DNA of 64,000 bases, from NCBI GenBank assembly GCA_010909165.1, contig MU008158.1, positions 3,125,478 through 3,189,477 of the forward strand, written 5' to 3'. Position 1 is the first letter of the stretch, and every line of letters begins with the position of its first letter. Positions 1-13,400 of the stretch are shown piece by piece. The notes beneath the pieces were generated by a model. It was not told the origin of the DNA, made no database searches, and saw only the letters and a list, made by a program, of their open reading frames with translations. The DNA comes from Anthoceros angustus (lineage: Eukaryota > Plantae > Anthocerotophyta). The position numbers were made by a program, and so were the translations under genes.

Positions 1-74
1 ATGCGAAGAACACCGTACCGCATGATATGTGAGAAGTTGTGCTCTAGTTTTGCCTTCTTCTATCCTTCGTCGAT

Positions 75-2145
75 GGCAATGTTTATGCATCATGAACAAA
101 GTTCCTTGGGGCATGGGGAACTTGTCCATGATGCATCAAACGCATATGGTTTTTGCCCTTTTTTCTTTGACTTCGGAAAATGGTCCTTGGCCTTTGGTAG
201 AAGTGAATGGTAATGTCTTCATCTTAGAAGGGTATATTATGTATGTCTATATATGCAAGAATAACACCGTTAACGTGCATGATAGGATAGAAGTTGTGTT
301 GTGGGTTTTTGCCTTTTGTGGCATTGTTTTTCCATGCATCGTCGATAAAGTTCCTTGGCCTATGGCGAAGGAACTGTGTGCATTGAAAAGTTCCTTTCCA
401 TATGTTACCTTTTGTATGCTTCGTGCATCTTTCCCGACATGTGGGAAAGGCTCCTTGGTCTTTGGCAGATGTGACAATGAATGTATTCGTCGTTGAACTG
501 AGGTATATCATGTATGTCTATATATGTGCAGGAATAACAACGTAAACCTGCATGACATGGGCGAAGTTTTGTTTTGGTTTTGTCCCGTTGTAATCTTCGG
601 CTGTGGCAATTCTTTGAATGCAGCATCCAAAAAGTTGTGTGGCCCATGGGGATTGATTTTTTCCCACGATGCGCCGAAATTTCCCTTGTGTTTTTTCACC
701 ATGCTTGGCCTATGTGTATGCTTGGCCAATGGAATTGTCTCTACATGCATCATCGAAAAGGGTCCTTGGCCTATGGTACAAGTCATTGTTCATGACCGGT
801 CTTTGAAAATAGTTATATCATACATGGCTATATATGTAGGAATAACGTGGAAAACAACAAGGTGCTTGCGGTTGGCATACACGTTTTCCCTCCGCATCGT
901 GGGCGTAAAACATTGGCCACATGGCGGATGACGCATGATGCATACGCTGTCGCATGACCGCACTTGGGCGATCTCAAGGTTGTGGAGTCCGAGGCACAAA
1001 CGCCAAGGAACGGCAGCGCAAACTCGCCCCGTCGCCGCGATCCACAACGGCGGCAGTGAACGTTGGGAAGCCCCGAACTTGCCGTGATGGGCGAAGTTTT
1101 GTTTTGGTTTTGTCCGTTGTAATCTTCGCGGCAATTCTTTGAATGCATCCTCCAAAAGTTGTGTGGCCCATGGGGATTGATTTTTCCCACGATGCGTAAA
1201 TTTTCCTTGTGTTTTTTCTGTATGCTTGGCCTATGTATGCTTGGCGATGGAATTGTCTCTACATGCATCATCGAAAAGGGTCCTTGGCCTATGGTACAAG
1301 TCATTGTTCATGACCGGTCTTTGAAAATAGTTATATCATACATGGCTATATATGTAGGAATAACGTGGAAAACAACAAGGTGCTTGCGGTTGGCATACAC
1401 GTTTTCCCTCCGCATCGTGGGCGTAAAACATTGGCCACATGGCGGATGACGCGGATGATGCAATACGCTGTCGCATGACCGCACTTGGGCGATCTCAAGG
1501 TTGTGGAGTCCGAGGCACAAACGCCAAGGAACGGCAGCGCAAACTCGCCCCGTCGCCGCGATCCACAACGGCGGCAGTGAACGTTGGGAAGCCCCGAACT
1601 TGCCGTGATGGGCGAAGTTTTGTTTTGGTTTTGTCCTTGTAATCTTCGCAATGGCAATTCTTTGAATGCATCCTCCAAAAGTTGTGTGGCCCATGGGGAT
1701 TGATTTTTCCCACGATGCGCCGAAATTTCCTTGTGTTTTTCCGTGCTTGGGCTATGTGTATGCTTGGCGACTGGAATTGTCTCTACATGCATCATCGAAA
1801 AGGGTCCTTGGCCTATGGTACAAGTCATTGTTCATGACCTGGTCTTTGAAAATAGTTATATCATACATGGCTATATATGTAGGAATAACGTGGAAAACGA
1901 ACAAGGTGCTTGCGAAGTTGGCATACGGTTTTCCCCTCCGCATCGTGGGCAGAAAACATTGGCCACATGGCGGATGACGTTTTTGCATGATGCATGCCAA
2001 TACGTTGTCGTGCATGACTGCACTTGGGCTGATCTCAAGGTTGTGGAGTCCGAGGCACAAACGCGAAGGAACGGCAGCGCAAACTCGCCCCCGCGCGATC
2101 CACAACGAGCAGTGAACGTTGGGAAGCCCCGAACTTGTGATGGGC
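75..2145. repeat. Tandem array: diverged ~270-bp units plus three near-identical ~520-530-bp units
   Basis: Units restart at ATGGGCG at 557, 1087, 1608 and end at ~2140. An older ~270-bp periodicity is visible at 75-610 through the recurring G(G/T)TCCTTGG(C/T)CT(A/T)TGG and GTATGTCTATATATG motifs. Confidence 0.9.
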
Positions 2146-2269
2146 GGAACGAACTGGGCCATAACGAGGGAAAGAGCGAGAAGCGCCGAAGAATGGCGAG
2201 GGGGCGGAGGCGGAAGCGGCGACGCATCGGTGCATAGAACGGGTGGTGGGGCGCCGCCACCCCGGCTTG

Positions 2270-4512
2270 TAGGGCGTATTGCGGGAGGTGTGATATGATG
2301 GATGGAGAGGAAGGAGCCGAGGTGGTGCGCGTGCTCCTCGGCCGATGGATGACGGGCAATCGCTTTTCCGAGCGCACCTCCTTGGAATGGAAGCGAGGAG
2401 TTTGCATCGCGAGTGGCTAGTGGAAACGCGGAAGACGTGGTGCGGAATGTCAAGGTAAAACATACAAAATTTTAACGATCACAACACACGGCGAGAGCGA
2501 AAGGGCGGTTGTAAATCCGGTGATGGTGATGCCAAGGAGGTGAAGCTCCGGGACAAAGGGAAGCAATCGAGGACGGTGGTGGCCCAAGCGGATGGCCGTC
2601 GGAGCGGGGAAGGCGGGGAGGCGGGGTGTCCATGGATGGCGGGCGACGCTGGCACTGATGAGAGGTGCGACGGATGAGGAAGGGTCTACGAGGAGCTACG
2701 CTTTTCGCCGTCGCTTTTGCTATGCTACATGGGTGCCAGGCAATTGTGGCATTGGTAGTAATAGTGGCGGTGGCACTGCTACTGTTTATGGACCGAGACG
2801 GTGACCCGGAAAAGTATGTTTATGTAATTGATGAGAGAACCCGAATATTGAGTTTAAGCGAACATTTTGGCGCTCCAGACACAATCGACCGCGAATGTCG
2901 TGGGAAGAGGAAAGGAGTTGGTTACGCCTACAAACGAAATGTAGGCCAAAGGGGTTGTGAGAAGGGCCGGGACGCCCGTGTCATGGTTGCCAAAGGAGTT
3001 CCGGCTGGTGTGGAGGTATTGCAAGTGTGATGGATGGAGAGGCGAGTGCGAGTGCGTGCTCCTCGGCGATGGCGATGGCGGCGGTGGGCAGCGCCACGCA
3101 TGCGCACCTCGGAATGGAAGCGGAGGAGTTTGCATCGAGTGGCTAGTGGAAGCGGAAGGCGTGGTGCGGAATCAAGGTAAAACATACAGTGCAGCTGCGA
3201 TCACAACACACGGCGAGCGAAAGGGCGGTTGTAAATCCGGTAGCAGTCTTGGTGATGCGAAGGAGGTGAAGCTCCGGGACAAAGGCAATCGGAGAGGACG
3301 GGTGGTGGCCCAGCGGGGATGGCCGTCGGAGCGAAGGCGGTCGTGGAGGCGGGGTGTCCATGGATGGCGGGCGATGCGTTGGCACTCGGTATGAGAGGTG
3401 CGACGGATGAGGAAGGGTCTACGAGGAGCTACGTTTTCTTTGTCGCTTTTTAACTATGCGATCCAGATTATGGCGGTGCCATCTTTGTACAATTGTGGCA
3501 TTGGTAGTAATAGTGGCGGTGGCACTGCTGTGTTTGCGTGGGACGGTGACCCGGAAAAGTTTGTTTATGTAATTCATGAGAGAACCCGAATATTGAGTTT
3601 AAACAGTGAACATTTTGGGCGCTCCAGTACACACTGACCTGCGAATGTCATGGGAAGAGGAAAGGAGTTGGCGGTTACGCCTACAAACGAAATGTAGGCC
3701 AAAGGGGTTGATGAAGGGCCGGGACGCCCGTGTCATGGTTGCCAAAGGAGTTCCGGCTGGTGTGGAGGTATTGCAAGTGTGATGGATGGAGAGGCGAAGG
3801 AAGGGCGGTGCGCGTGCTCCTCGGCGATGGCGATGGCGGCGGCGGGCGGCGCCACGCATGCGCACCTCGGAATGGAAGCGGAGGAGTTTGCATCGAGTGG
3901 CTAGTGGAAGCGGAAGGCGTGGTGCGGAATCAAGGTAAAACATACAGTGCAGCTGCGATCACAACACACGGCGAGCGAAAGGGCGGTTGTAAATCCGGTA
4001 GCAGTCTTGGTGATGCGAAGGAGGTGAAGCTCCGGGACAAAGGCAATCGGAGAGGACGGGTGGTGGCCCAGCGGGGATGGCCGTCGGAGCGAAGGCGGTC
4101 GTGGAGGCGGGGTGTGCCATGGATGGCGGGCAGTACGTTGGCACTCGGTATGAGAGGTGCGACGGGATGAGGAAGGGGTCTACGAGGAGCTACGTTTTTG
4201 CTGTCGCTTTTTTCGCTTGCTATGCAGTCACAGTTATGGCGGTGCCATGCTGTGCAATTGTGGCATTGGTAGTAATAGTGGCGGTGGCAGCCTGCGCCTG
4301 TGTTTGCGTGGACCGAGACGGGTGACCCGGAAAAAGTATGTTTATGTAATTGATGAGAGAACCCGAATATTGAGTTTAACGTGAACATTTTGGCTCCGAC
4401 TGCGAATGTCGTGGGAAGAGGAAAGGTTACGGTTCGCCTACAAACGAAATGTAGGCCAAAGGGGTTGTGAAGGCGGGGGCGTCCGTGTCATGGTTGCCAA
4501 AGGAGTTCCGCG
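2270..4512. repeat. Three tandem copies of a ~730-750-bp unit
   Basis: TGATGGATGGAGAGG recurs at 2296, 3028 and 3780. GAGAGAACCCGAATATTGAGTTTAA occurs once in each copy. Confidence 0.9.
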
Positions 4513-4879
4513 GTTGAACAGGCGGGTGGACAAATGGAGTCCATGACAGCAGTGGCGAACGCGCCACGAGAACTGCAACTCCCATTCCGTGAAGTGCATG
4601 CCGCTTTGAGGAGGCGAACATGGGGCGGCAGCAGCGGGCGGCGCACCGGAGGAAGAAGCGGGAGGCCGTGGCCACCGTGAACACCTCGGCCAGCCAGCCG
4701 TGGTGCATTTGCAATATTGGGAGCGCATAAGGCGGGAAGGGAAGAAGGCGGGGTGGAGGAGGAAGGTCAAGCGCATGTGGGAAGACGGATGGAGGACAAG
4801 GGCATGGCGGTAGTGGCGGGAGCGGGAGGGCGAGGCGACGCGCATCGGGTGGAGGGTGGAGGACGCCTGGCGTGGCGGC

Positions 4880-5830
4880 GGCCGGCGGGGCGACGGGAGG
4901 AAGAGCCATGGCGGAGGGGCGGCCGCCGCCATGGCGGCGGCGGCCGCCGCGGCGCGCGGGCGGCAGAGGGAGGAGGCGGGGAGGCACCTCCCCTCCCCAG
5001 CAGGGCGCGCATGGAAGGGGCGGTGCAAAGGGCAGGAGGAGGCACCTCCCCATGGCGGTGGCGGAGGCGGGGAAGGGCGGCCGCCGCCATGGCGGAGGAG
5101 GGCACCTCCCCGCCGACGGCATCGGCAGCGGGGAGGGCACCTGCAGCAGCGGGGAGGAGGAGGGGAGGCACCTCCCCATGGCGGCGGCCGCCGCCGACGG
5201 GAGGGGGGCGGCAGCAGAGGCGCAGCGGGGAGGGCACCTGCAGCGAGGCGGTGGGAGGCGCAGGGGGAGGGGGGGGAGGGCACCTTGCCTCCCCATGGCG
5301 GCGGCCAGGCCAGGCAGCGGAAGGGCGGCGCAGGAGGAGGAGGAGCACCTGCCTCCCCATGGCGGGCGGCCAATGGGAGGAGGAGGGGAGGGCACCTGCC
5401 CTCCCCATGGCGCGACGCCGGTGGAAGGGCGCACCGGAGGAGGAGGGGAGGGCACCTTGCCTCCCCATGGCGACTGATTCCATGGAGGGAAGGGCGGCGC
5501 CACGGAGGAGGAGGCGGGGAGGCACCTTCCTCCCCATGGCGGCGGCAGCGAGGGAACCGGCGAGCAATGGAGGAGGAGGGGAGGGCACCTTCCTCCGGCG
5601 GCAGCATCCCCATCTTAGGAAGGGCGGCGCAGCAGCGGAAGGGGAGGGCACGGCTTCCCCGCCGACGCATCGCCACGGGTGCAGAGGAGCACCTCCCCAT
5701 GGCGACCGGAACGCTGGCCGCGGAGGCGAGCACAAGGAGGAAGGCGGGGAGGCACCTTCCTCTCCCATCGCGACGGCCTCCGGATTCGGCAGCGAGGGGA
5801 GGAGGTTGCCCTCCCCATGGCGGAGGGGAG
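4880..5830. repeat. GC/purine-rich minisatellite, ~55-60-bp unit (GGAGGAGGGGAGGGCACCT..CTCCCCATGGCG)
   Basis: The core GCACCT..CCCC(ATGGCG) recurs about 12 times, e.g. ~4984, 5042, 5168, 5280, 5345, 5391, 5451, 5521, 5688. Confidence 0.85.
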
Positions 5831-8819
5831 GAGGCGGAGGCGAGGAGGAAGCCAACCCCGCTGGGTGGAGGACGCCGACGAGGGGCCATGGCCGCCGCCG
5901 ACGAGGCCGAGGGGGTGGAGGAGGAGGCGGGAGGCGGCCGCCTGAGCCGAGGTCGAGCTCGGCATGGCGGTGGCGGCGGCAGTAATGTCCGCCGCCATGC
6001 CCGAGCCGAGGTCGCCATGGTGGCGGAGGCGAGATCGCCGCCGCCGAGACCGAGGCCGACGGATGGCTCCGGCGGGGAATGAGGGCGGATGCGATGGGGG
6101 CGACGCCATCCCGCCCGCTGGACGAGGCAACACGGCCGGCGGCGATCGCCGCAGGGGAGTGGGATCGAGCGCCAGCCGCTTGAGGAAGCCGCCACGGAGG
6201 AATAACCGCCCATCGGCGGCATCTCGACGCCGAGCGGAAGGCAGATTAGGCGGAGGCTCGAGGCATGGAGGAGGAGCGGAGGCGCTGGCCGCGCGAGCTC
6301 ACGGCGGAGGCCAGATCCGCGGCACCGCCGGAGGAGGAGGAGGGGAGCAACGGCCGAGGGCGGCGGAGGCGGAGGCGGCGTCAAGGAGAAGGAGAGCGAG
6401 TGCGCCCGACCCCAACTCCGCGGAGGCGAGCACAAGGGGAGGAAGCGCGATTACGAGGAATCGGACACGGTGTCCGGCGGAAGCGCAGCGGGGAGGGCAC
6501 GGTGCCCTTCCCCGCCGACGGCATCGCCACGGTGGAGGAGGCGACGCCGAGCGGAAGGCAGATTAGGCGGAGGCGATGAGGCGGAATGCTCGGCCGTGGA
6601 GGCCATGGAGGCACAATTAAGGTTCTCCGCAGATGATCGCGCATGGATGACGAGGGAAGTAGGCGCGTCATCCCTTGTGCTCGAGTTCCATCCAGCTGCT
6701 TTTGGTTTTGCATAGGGGCGAGGCATGCGAGGAAGGCCGCAGAGGAGATAGGGTTTGATGCTAGTGCAATTTTGCGATGTGCGTGGACATCCTTTTGATG
6801 AATGGAATGGCACCCTTATCATGTGAACGGCTCGTTGGAGGGACCGTAAACTTTGTTGGTGAGGTATCGACCGTGAATCGCTCGAACATGTCCTCGAATC
6901 GCCTTCCTCGCGTTTTGATCGCCATCATCTCGTGACGGACGAAACGCGCAATGGAGAAGGATGTCCGTACTCCCGTAAAGCGATGGGATCGGAGGAGCGG
7001 TAGAACAAATTTAAGCGTGGAATCCCCAAATCCCACCACGGCGTAGTCCGCCACATGCACCCGATTTCTTGAGGCAATCAAGGCGGCTTCATGTTCCAAA
7101 GAACATTTTCAACCCTCCACACGCCGCTGTCCGCTGCCTTTCTTAGCTGTGGGACAATGGAATCGTGATTTTGTGAGGGAGGCTATCATGCTGGAAACAT
7201 TGAGAAGGACGATCGTGCTCGCCACGGTAAGAAGCAAGAGCTCGCCGAATGAAAACAACATGGTCACCGGTGCCGCAGCCCATCATTGCATTCGCATACC
7301 ATGGCCGCGATCGAGGGTTCGCAACCACACCGGTGTGGTCGGCGCGCAGGGGCAGTTAGTTTGCCATCCATGGCGGGCCATGGAAGAAAACTTTATGGCG
7401 TAAGGTAGGGTGGAAATGAAAACAATGTGTCACGGCTCTTTGTTTTGAAAGTTGCAAGGACAAAACATTTTCAACCCTACACCCTTTTCGAGGAGAGTGT
7501 GTCCCTTTGGTGCTTGGCCGCTGGTTAGGGCGCCAAAGCGCCATGTGACCATGTCTTTGTAAAAAGATACCGTACTGGAATCTACGGCATATTCCTCAAG
7601 ATCCCCACGGCTTGCATGGGTTTCGCGAAAAAAAAAATGTCCCATCCCCTCTGTCCTCTTTGGTATGCCATACCCAACGAATGGGAGCCTAGTTTAACCA
7701 AAAGAACAAGCCTAGTTTGGGCTTTGCAAAAAAGAGAAGCTTCTATGGTTATATATTTGCTTAGAGATCATAGAAAAGATCTAATACTATGGGATCATAA
7801 TAATATTTAAATCTATAGATCTATAGATTATAAAAATTATTACTTATATGAGGATAAATCTTATTTATTTATTTTTATTTTTATTTTCATAAAAGTAGGT
7901 CATATTTGAGTTAAACTTTACACTATATGGACAAGACACTAGGGAATAACATAGTGACTATGCAAGTGGCTAATCAAATAAAGGTATGGTTAAAATATTA
8001 AGAAACAGCTTTTGAGTTTCTTATGAATTACCGATCTAGTCACGCGGCATCCACAATTTTTTAGGGTAGTGGACAAAAAGAAATAGTCTCACTGCATACG
8101 GCGGAACTATTTCGGTATGTCACACATGACCACATCGATCGGGGCTACGGCCCCCCGGTGTATCGATGTTGTCAACCTACCCAATGATGCACGCAAAGTT
8201 TTCATGATAGACAGAAACTTTTTTTCTCTCAGGTTTAGGGTTGCGTTTAAGGTCATTTGCATTTCCGTGCCATTGCGGCATGCATCTGGGCGCCGTATGT
8301 GAGCGGTTGCATTGGCGCTGTGCTTGCTGTTTGCAATTGCGTTTGCACTGCACTCATCGTTTGTGTTTGCGGCGCGGCTGAGTGCGTTTGCCTTTGTGTG
8401 CAAGGCTGAATTGTTTAGCACTGGCTGCATATAGGGCTGCAACGTTTCCTAGGCCTACTGCCTATGGGGGTGTAGTTTCACATAGCACTAAGTAGCTTGA
8501 AACAAGCTTGTACCAGAAGGACCAACACAAGAAGGGCTTCCATGAAAACAGTCACATAGATACAAGGCTTGCACCCAAAAAAGCCTACAGTGCACAAGTG
8601 TAAAGTTCAAAGGGCCTACTGAACCACATAACACAGCAGGTTGATCCCTGTCCACGCCCACGGCGTGGCTTCAGCCGGCGTCCACTGCTGCACGTACTCG
8701 GGCAATGCCTCCCCCCTGCTCCTGCACACCCTGCACAAATATCTTGGCCGCCTGTTAAACCTGTATGTGTGGTGATCGTAGGTGTGTCATCTTCTGAATT
8801 TTCAGTTTCAGCGGACTCA

Positions 8820-9510
8820 CGTGAAAGAGAAAAAAGCAGACCTGAATCTTCTCTAATGTGAGGAGAACGTAGTTCACAAAAGGTGATACTACGAGCAAGT
8901 GTGAGTTTCCTGGTCTTAGGGTCATACAGCTTGTAGGTTTTACTTTCCTTAGAATAGCCTACAAAGAATAGGGCCTGGACCTATCATCTAACTTCCGACG
9001 TTTGGACACAGGAATAAACAAAAAAGCAGGGGAGCCAAAGGCACGAAGATGCAGCAAACTGGGTTTCTTCCTCCAAAAGGCTTCGAAAGGGGTTGTATCA
9101 GGTAAAGAGTCTGTGGGAACTCTGTTTAAGATAGCCGTCACAATCGCCTCTGCCCAATGTCCCTTTGGAAGTCCTGACCAGGAGAGCATGCTACGTGTCA
9201 TCCCCATCAAAGTCTGATTTTTTCTCTCAGCCACTCCATTTTGCTGCGGAGTGTATGGAACCGTGAGTTGCCTGCGAATTCCATGTTTCTGAAAAAGATC
9301 ATCATATTTCTGCCCAAGAAATTCCCCACCATTATTAGTCCGTAGACATTTAACTAACTTGCTAGTTTGTCGTTGAACCAGGGAAATCCAAGCGGCTATC
9401 TTATCAAATGCCTCACTCTTCAACTTCAAAGGAAATGTCCAAGTGAATCGAGAATAGTCATCTATAAGAGTTAGATAATACCAAGCGCCCCCCAAGGAAG
9501 AGACATTGTG
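8820..9510 (-). mobile_element. Ty1/copia retrotransposon fragment (integrase core)
   Basis: ORF 8959..9495 contains YYLTLIDDYSRFTW, LRT(D>N)NGGEF, YTPQQNGVAERKN, HLRAFGSPAF and RKLDDRS. It is frameshifted downstream; no RT or LTR was recognised. Confidence 0.9.
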
Positions 9511-9708
9511 TCATAGAAAGTTTTTGCCACGCGTACAAACCTACCGAAGCTATGTGACATGTATTATACATATATTATACGCAAGTATTTGAAAGATGCC
9601 GTGGCATATTTCCGTAGCGTACACCCAAAAAAAAAACAAAGTCACACACATGAAGCCGAGTGACAAGATTGGTATTCCATAGTTTCTATTGCATTGAAGA
9701 AGAGATTC

Positions 9709-9712
<4 letters not shown>

Positions 9713-9740
<28 letters not shown>
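9713..9740. repeat. (TA)14 microsatellite
   Basis: Direct reading of the sequence. Confidence 0.95.
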
Positions 9741-10486
9741 CGATCACTTAAATTTAAATGGGACTACTAAATGCCACCATATAGCATAACATCGAAGTAA
9801 GTTAGTTTTTCTAGGGTTGACAAGCTCAGCATTTGCCACATTAACTCCCTCCTTGTTAAGGATAAATATTTTTCAAAATGGTCCTATATACATATTGCTT
9901 AAAGTAGAACAGAAATATGTTCCAGAGATATATAAATATGAAACTTCTTTAAATATAGTATAATTAATTAATCCCAGATTGTGGAATCTCATTTTAAGAT
10001 ACATTGGTATTTCATAAGGTTTATCTAAAATAAATTATATAATTTAGAATATATATAATTATAATTATTTTTAATATATACTCTGAATTTCAGTTATAAT
10101 CGGTAGAGTATTAGAGTGTACAAGATGGCGTAACATGGTGACTGGAACTGACGCGGCAAAGCAGGTCATATTTTATGCATGTCCAGAGTCCAGCCAGTTG
10201 AAACTGCTGACGGAGCATCCAGGGTGAGTGTGACACTGGGATCCGCCCAAAGATGGATCTTGCAGGGCCAGCAAATTGACAGAACGCTCGGCAGCGGGAG
10301 AGCTGGTCACCTTGACCTTCCTCCTGGTACGAGGATAACTGCAGGGTGCAACAGATATCGGCCTAACAGCAGTGGTTGCCTCTCAATCCTTCACCAACCT
10401 TGGACATACGATACTCCCAACCATTCGAGTTCTCGTCCCAGAGCTCGCCAGAAGCTGTCACGTTTCAGACCTCCAATCTCCAACCT

Positions 10487-13400
10487 ATGGCGCCCTTCTG
10501 TGGGAAGAGAAGCATCACTCCTGGAATTTCCATCTTGGATGCCCAGTTAATGGTGTACGGGCAGCCCATACTGTCCAAGTTGCCGACCAATGTGCGCCTC
10601 ACTCCTGATCCAGGATTGGGAGTGTTGCATGGCGCGTTTTTGGGAGTATCAGCCTCAGAGCCCAGCAGTCGTCACGTTCTGACCATCGGGAACCTTGAGT
10701 TTGTTTCTCAACTCGTCACGTCCTGGTCTTCCTGACTAACGTATGTTTATGTTTTGCACCATTTCTTGCTCCTGCATCAGCTCTTGTCTTGTTGATTGAT
10801 ATTTAACTGGCTGTTCTGATCAGCCTTCTGTTCGCTCGCTCGAATGGGACACAGGGGCCGACGTTTCATGTGCTGTTTCCGATTCAAACTGTGGTGGATG
10901 ACTCAGAGGATGGGCAATGTGGGACGGCATGTACCTCAGGAGACTCAATTTATGCTTCTGGAAAGCAAGCTGGAGTCCTCTTTGAGTGAGGAGGAGGGGC
11001 TAGGGCAGCATAATCATACAGTGTACACTGTGTTTTTGCCTCTTCTGGATGGGCCGTTCAGGGCTTCACTTCAGGGCACTGATTTGGATGAACTGCAGTT
11101 GTGTTTGGAAAGCGGTGTGTAATTTCAAGAGCTTGGGTGGTGTTCCTAGTGCATGTGCTTTCAATGCTAGATCTTTTTCATTCAATTTCTACAGATCCCT
11201 GTTATGCTCCACCTCATAAATGTGGCAAATGTTTTGAGTGTCCCAGGTGATCCCATGGTGAAAACATCTGAATCAAGCCATGCTATGTATATTGGAACTG
11301 GAGCAGATCCCTTTGAAGTTGTGTCGGATGCAGTGCGGTGAGCTTGCAGAAGAGAATCCTGCATCATATTCTTGTGGTGTTGTTACGTTCTCTGAGCTTG
11401 TTGAGCAGGAGAACCATGACCCTGGAAAATATTGGTGCAGGGCCGTTGAAGCACACTCCTGTTCATTTGTTCATCGGGAGAAGAAGAAGGTGAGAGCTGT
11501 AATGCGCCCTTCTCTTTCAAAAACCATCAGACTTTCAGATTGGGGATGGTACCCGTGATGAACAAACTTGTACAGATGCCTGGCATGCTGGATTGCTTTG
11601 GATGGTGTACTTGGGATGCTTTCTACACAGATGTCACAGCAGATGCCGTAAATGAAGGCCTGAAAAGGTACTCGGGGTCCCTGAATCTGCTGGTCAACTC
11701 TGCTGCTTGTTAGAATGTTTGGTCTGTAAATTGAAAACTGAGGGGTTCTTAGCTAAATAGCTGCTGGTACCTTTGACAAGCTTGTTCGACGGGGGCACTC
11801 CTGCACGATTTTTAATCATTGATGATGGGTGGCAATCTCTCGACTCAGATAAAGGTGGGAATGCAACAGTCTCTGTAGGCACACAGTAAGTAAGACATCT
11901 CAAACCCTTTCTACAATGAAAACATCACTAACATAATTGCTTCATCTTCATCTACCTCCTGCATTGAACTTTGCACAGATATGCAAGCAGATTGAGTAGC
12001 ATTAAAGCAAATCACAAGTTTGAAAGGGAAGACAAGGAAAATGGTGCAAGCTTGGGTCTGCAGCATTTAATCCAGGCATCAAAGGCGAATTTTCAGTTGA
12101 AGTAGGTGATAAGTCCAGACATCTTGTTGAATGCTTGGGAGCTAAATGGCAGTATGTCAGTTTTCAGTTTTTTGACGGGTGCAATGCATTGCCTGTTCGT
12201 CACGCTGATCAGGTACATTTACGTTTGGCATGCTCTTGCTGGTTACTGGGGAGGGGTGCAACCAAATGCTGAAATGGAGAAATACAAGCCTGTGGTGACG
12301 TATCCCGTGCACTCCCCTGGAATATTAGCCAACCAGCCTGATATGGCTGTAGACAGCCTCACTGTGAATGGATTGGGCCTGGTCAACACAGAGAAGTTGT
12401 ACGACTTTTTCAATGATCTGCATAGCTACTTGGCAAGCGCAGGCATAGATGGTGTGAAGGTGGATGCACAGTCAATAATTGAAACCCTCGGAGCTGGGTG
12501 CGGTGGCCGGGTCCAGTTGGTGAAGCAGTATATCCAAGCACTTGAAGCATCTGTAGCTCGAAACTTTCCAGATAATGGTTGTATAGCATGTATGAGTCAC
12601 AGCTCTGATGGAATTTACAGGTTAGCAGTATTTCCATGCCTTTGAGCAAGTGAAGGTTTGCTGTTTTGCATGACTCGCTGAATCTGTTTTCTGTGAGCAG
12701 TACCAAGCAAATAGCTGTTGTCCGTGCCTCGGACGACTTCTATCCCCGGGATCCTGCGTCGCACACCATCCACATTGCTTCCGTGACGTACAACAGTCTA
12801 TTCCTAGGCGAATTTATGCAGCCTGACTGGGATATGTTTCAGGTTAAGTCATGTCTCTGTTCCTTCACACCATTCTGTCATGTATTCCCTGTATCTGCAG
12901 TAGTTTGACCAGTGGATTGTCGGTTCTGTAAGTGCAGAGCCTTCATCCGGCCGCAGCTTATCATGCAGCTGCACGTGCTGTTGGAGGGTGTGCGATCTAT
13001 GTCAGGTGGGGGTTCTCTTGCCCGCCAAGATGTTGGCAACAGAAATGCTTTTGCGATGGGCTCTATATACATGTGCTGCTTGGAATAACACGAGTGAGGG
13101 TGGTGTTGCAGTGATAGGCCAGGACAGCATGATTTTGAGTTATTAAGGAAACTTGTGCTTCCTGATGGGACTGTCCTGCGAGCAAAACTCCCTGGGCGAC
13201 CAACTTGTGACAGCCTGTTCGCAGACCCAGCTAGAGACGGGACGAGGTGAGTGCCTGCAGTCACTGGAAGGTGTTCCTAAAATCTGGGTTGCGGTGAAAG
13301 AGAGGGTTGGGAATTCCAGTCACGTAATCCTTTGAAGTCCTTCTTTTGCTACGCAGTCTGTTGAAGATCTGGAACTTGAACAAGTTCACGGGTGTTTTGG

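Noticed and set aside
4427-6566. Long ORFs (358-665 aa) on both strands
   Set aside because: They are a by-product of a GC-rich minisatellite lacking stop codons and have no recognisable domain.
7603-7622. Helitron-like 3' hairpin CCCACGG..CATGGG
   Set aside because: No CTRR terminus at the expected distance on either strand.
8465-8720. LTR for the minus-strand copia fragment
   Set aside because: No clear TG...CA boundary with an adjacent PPT and no second copy.
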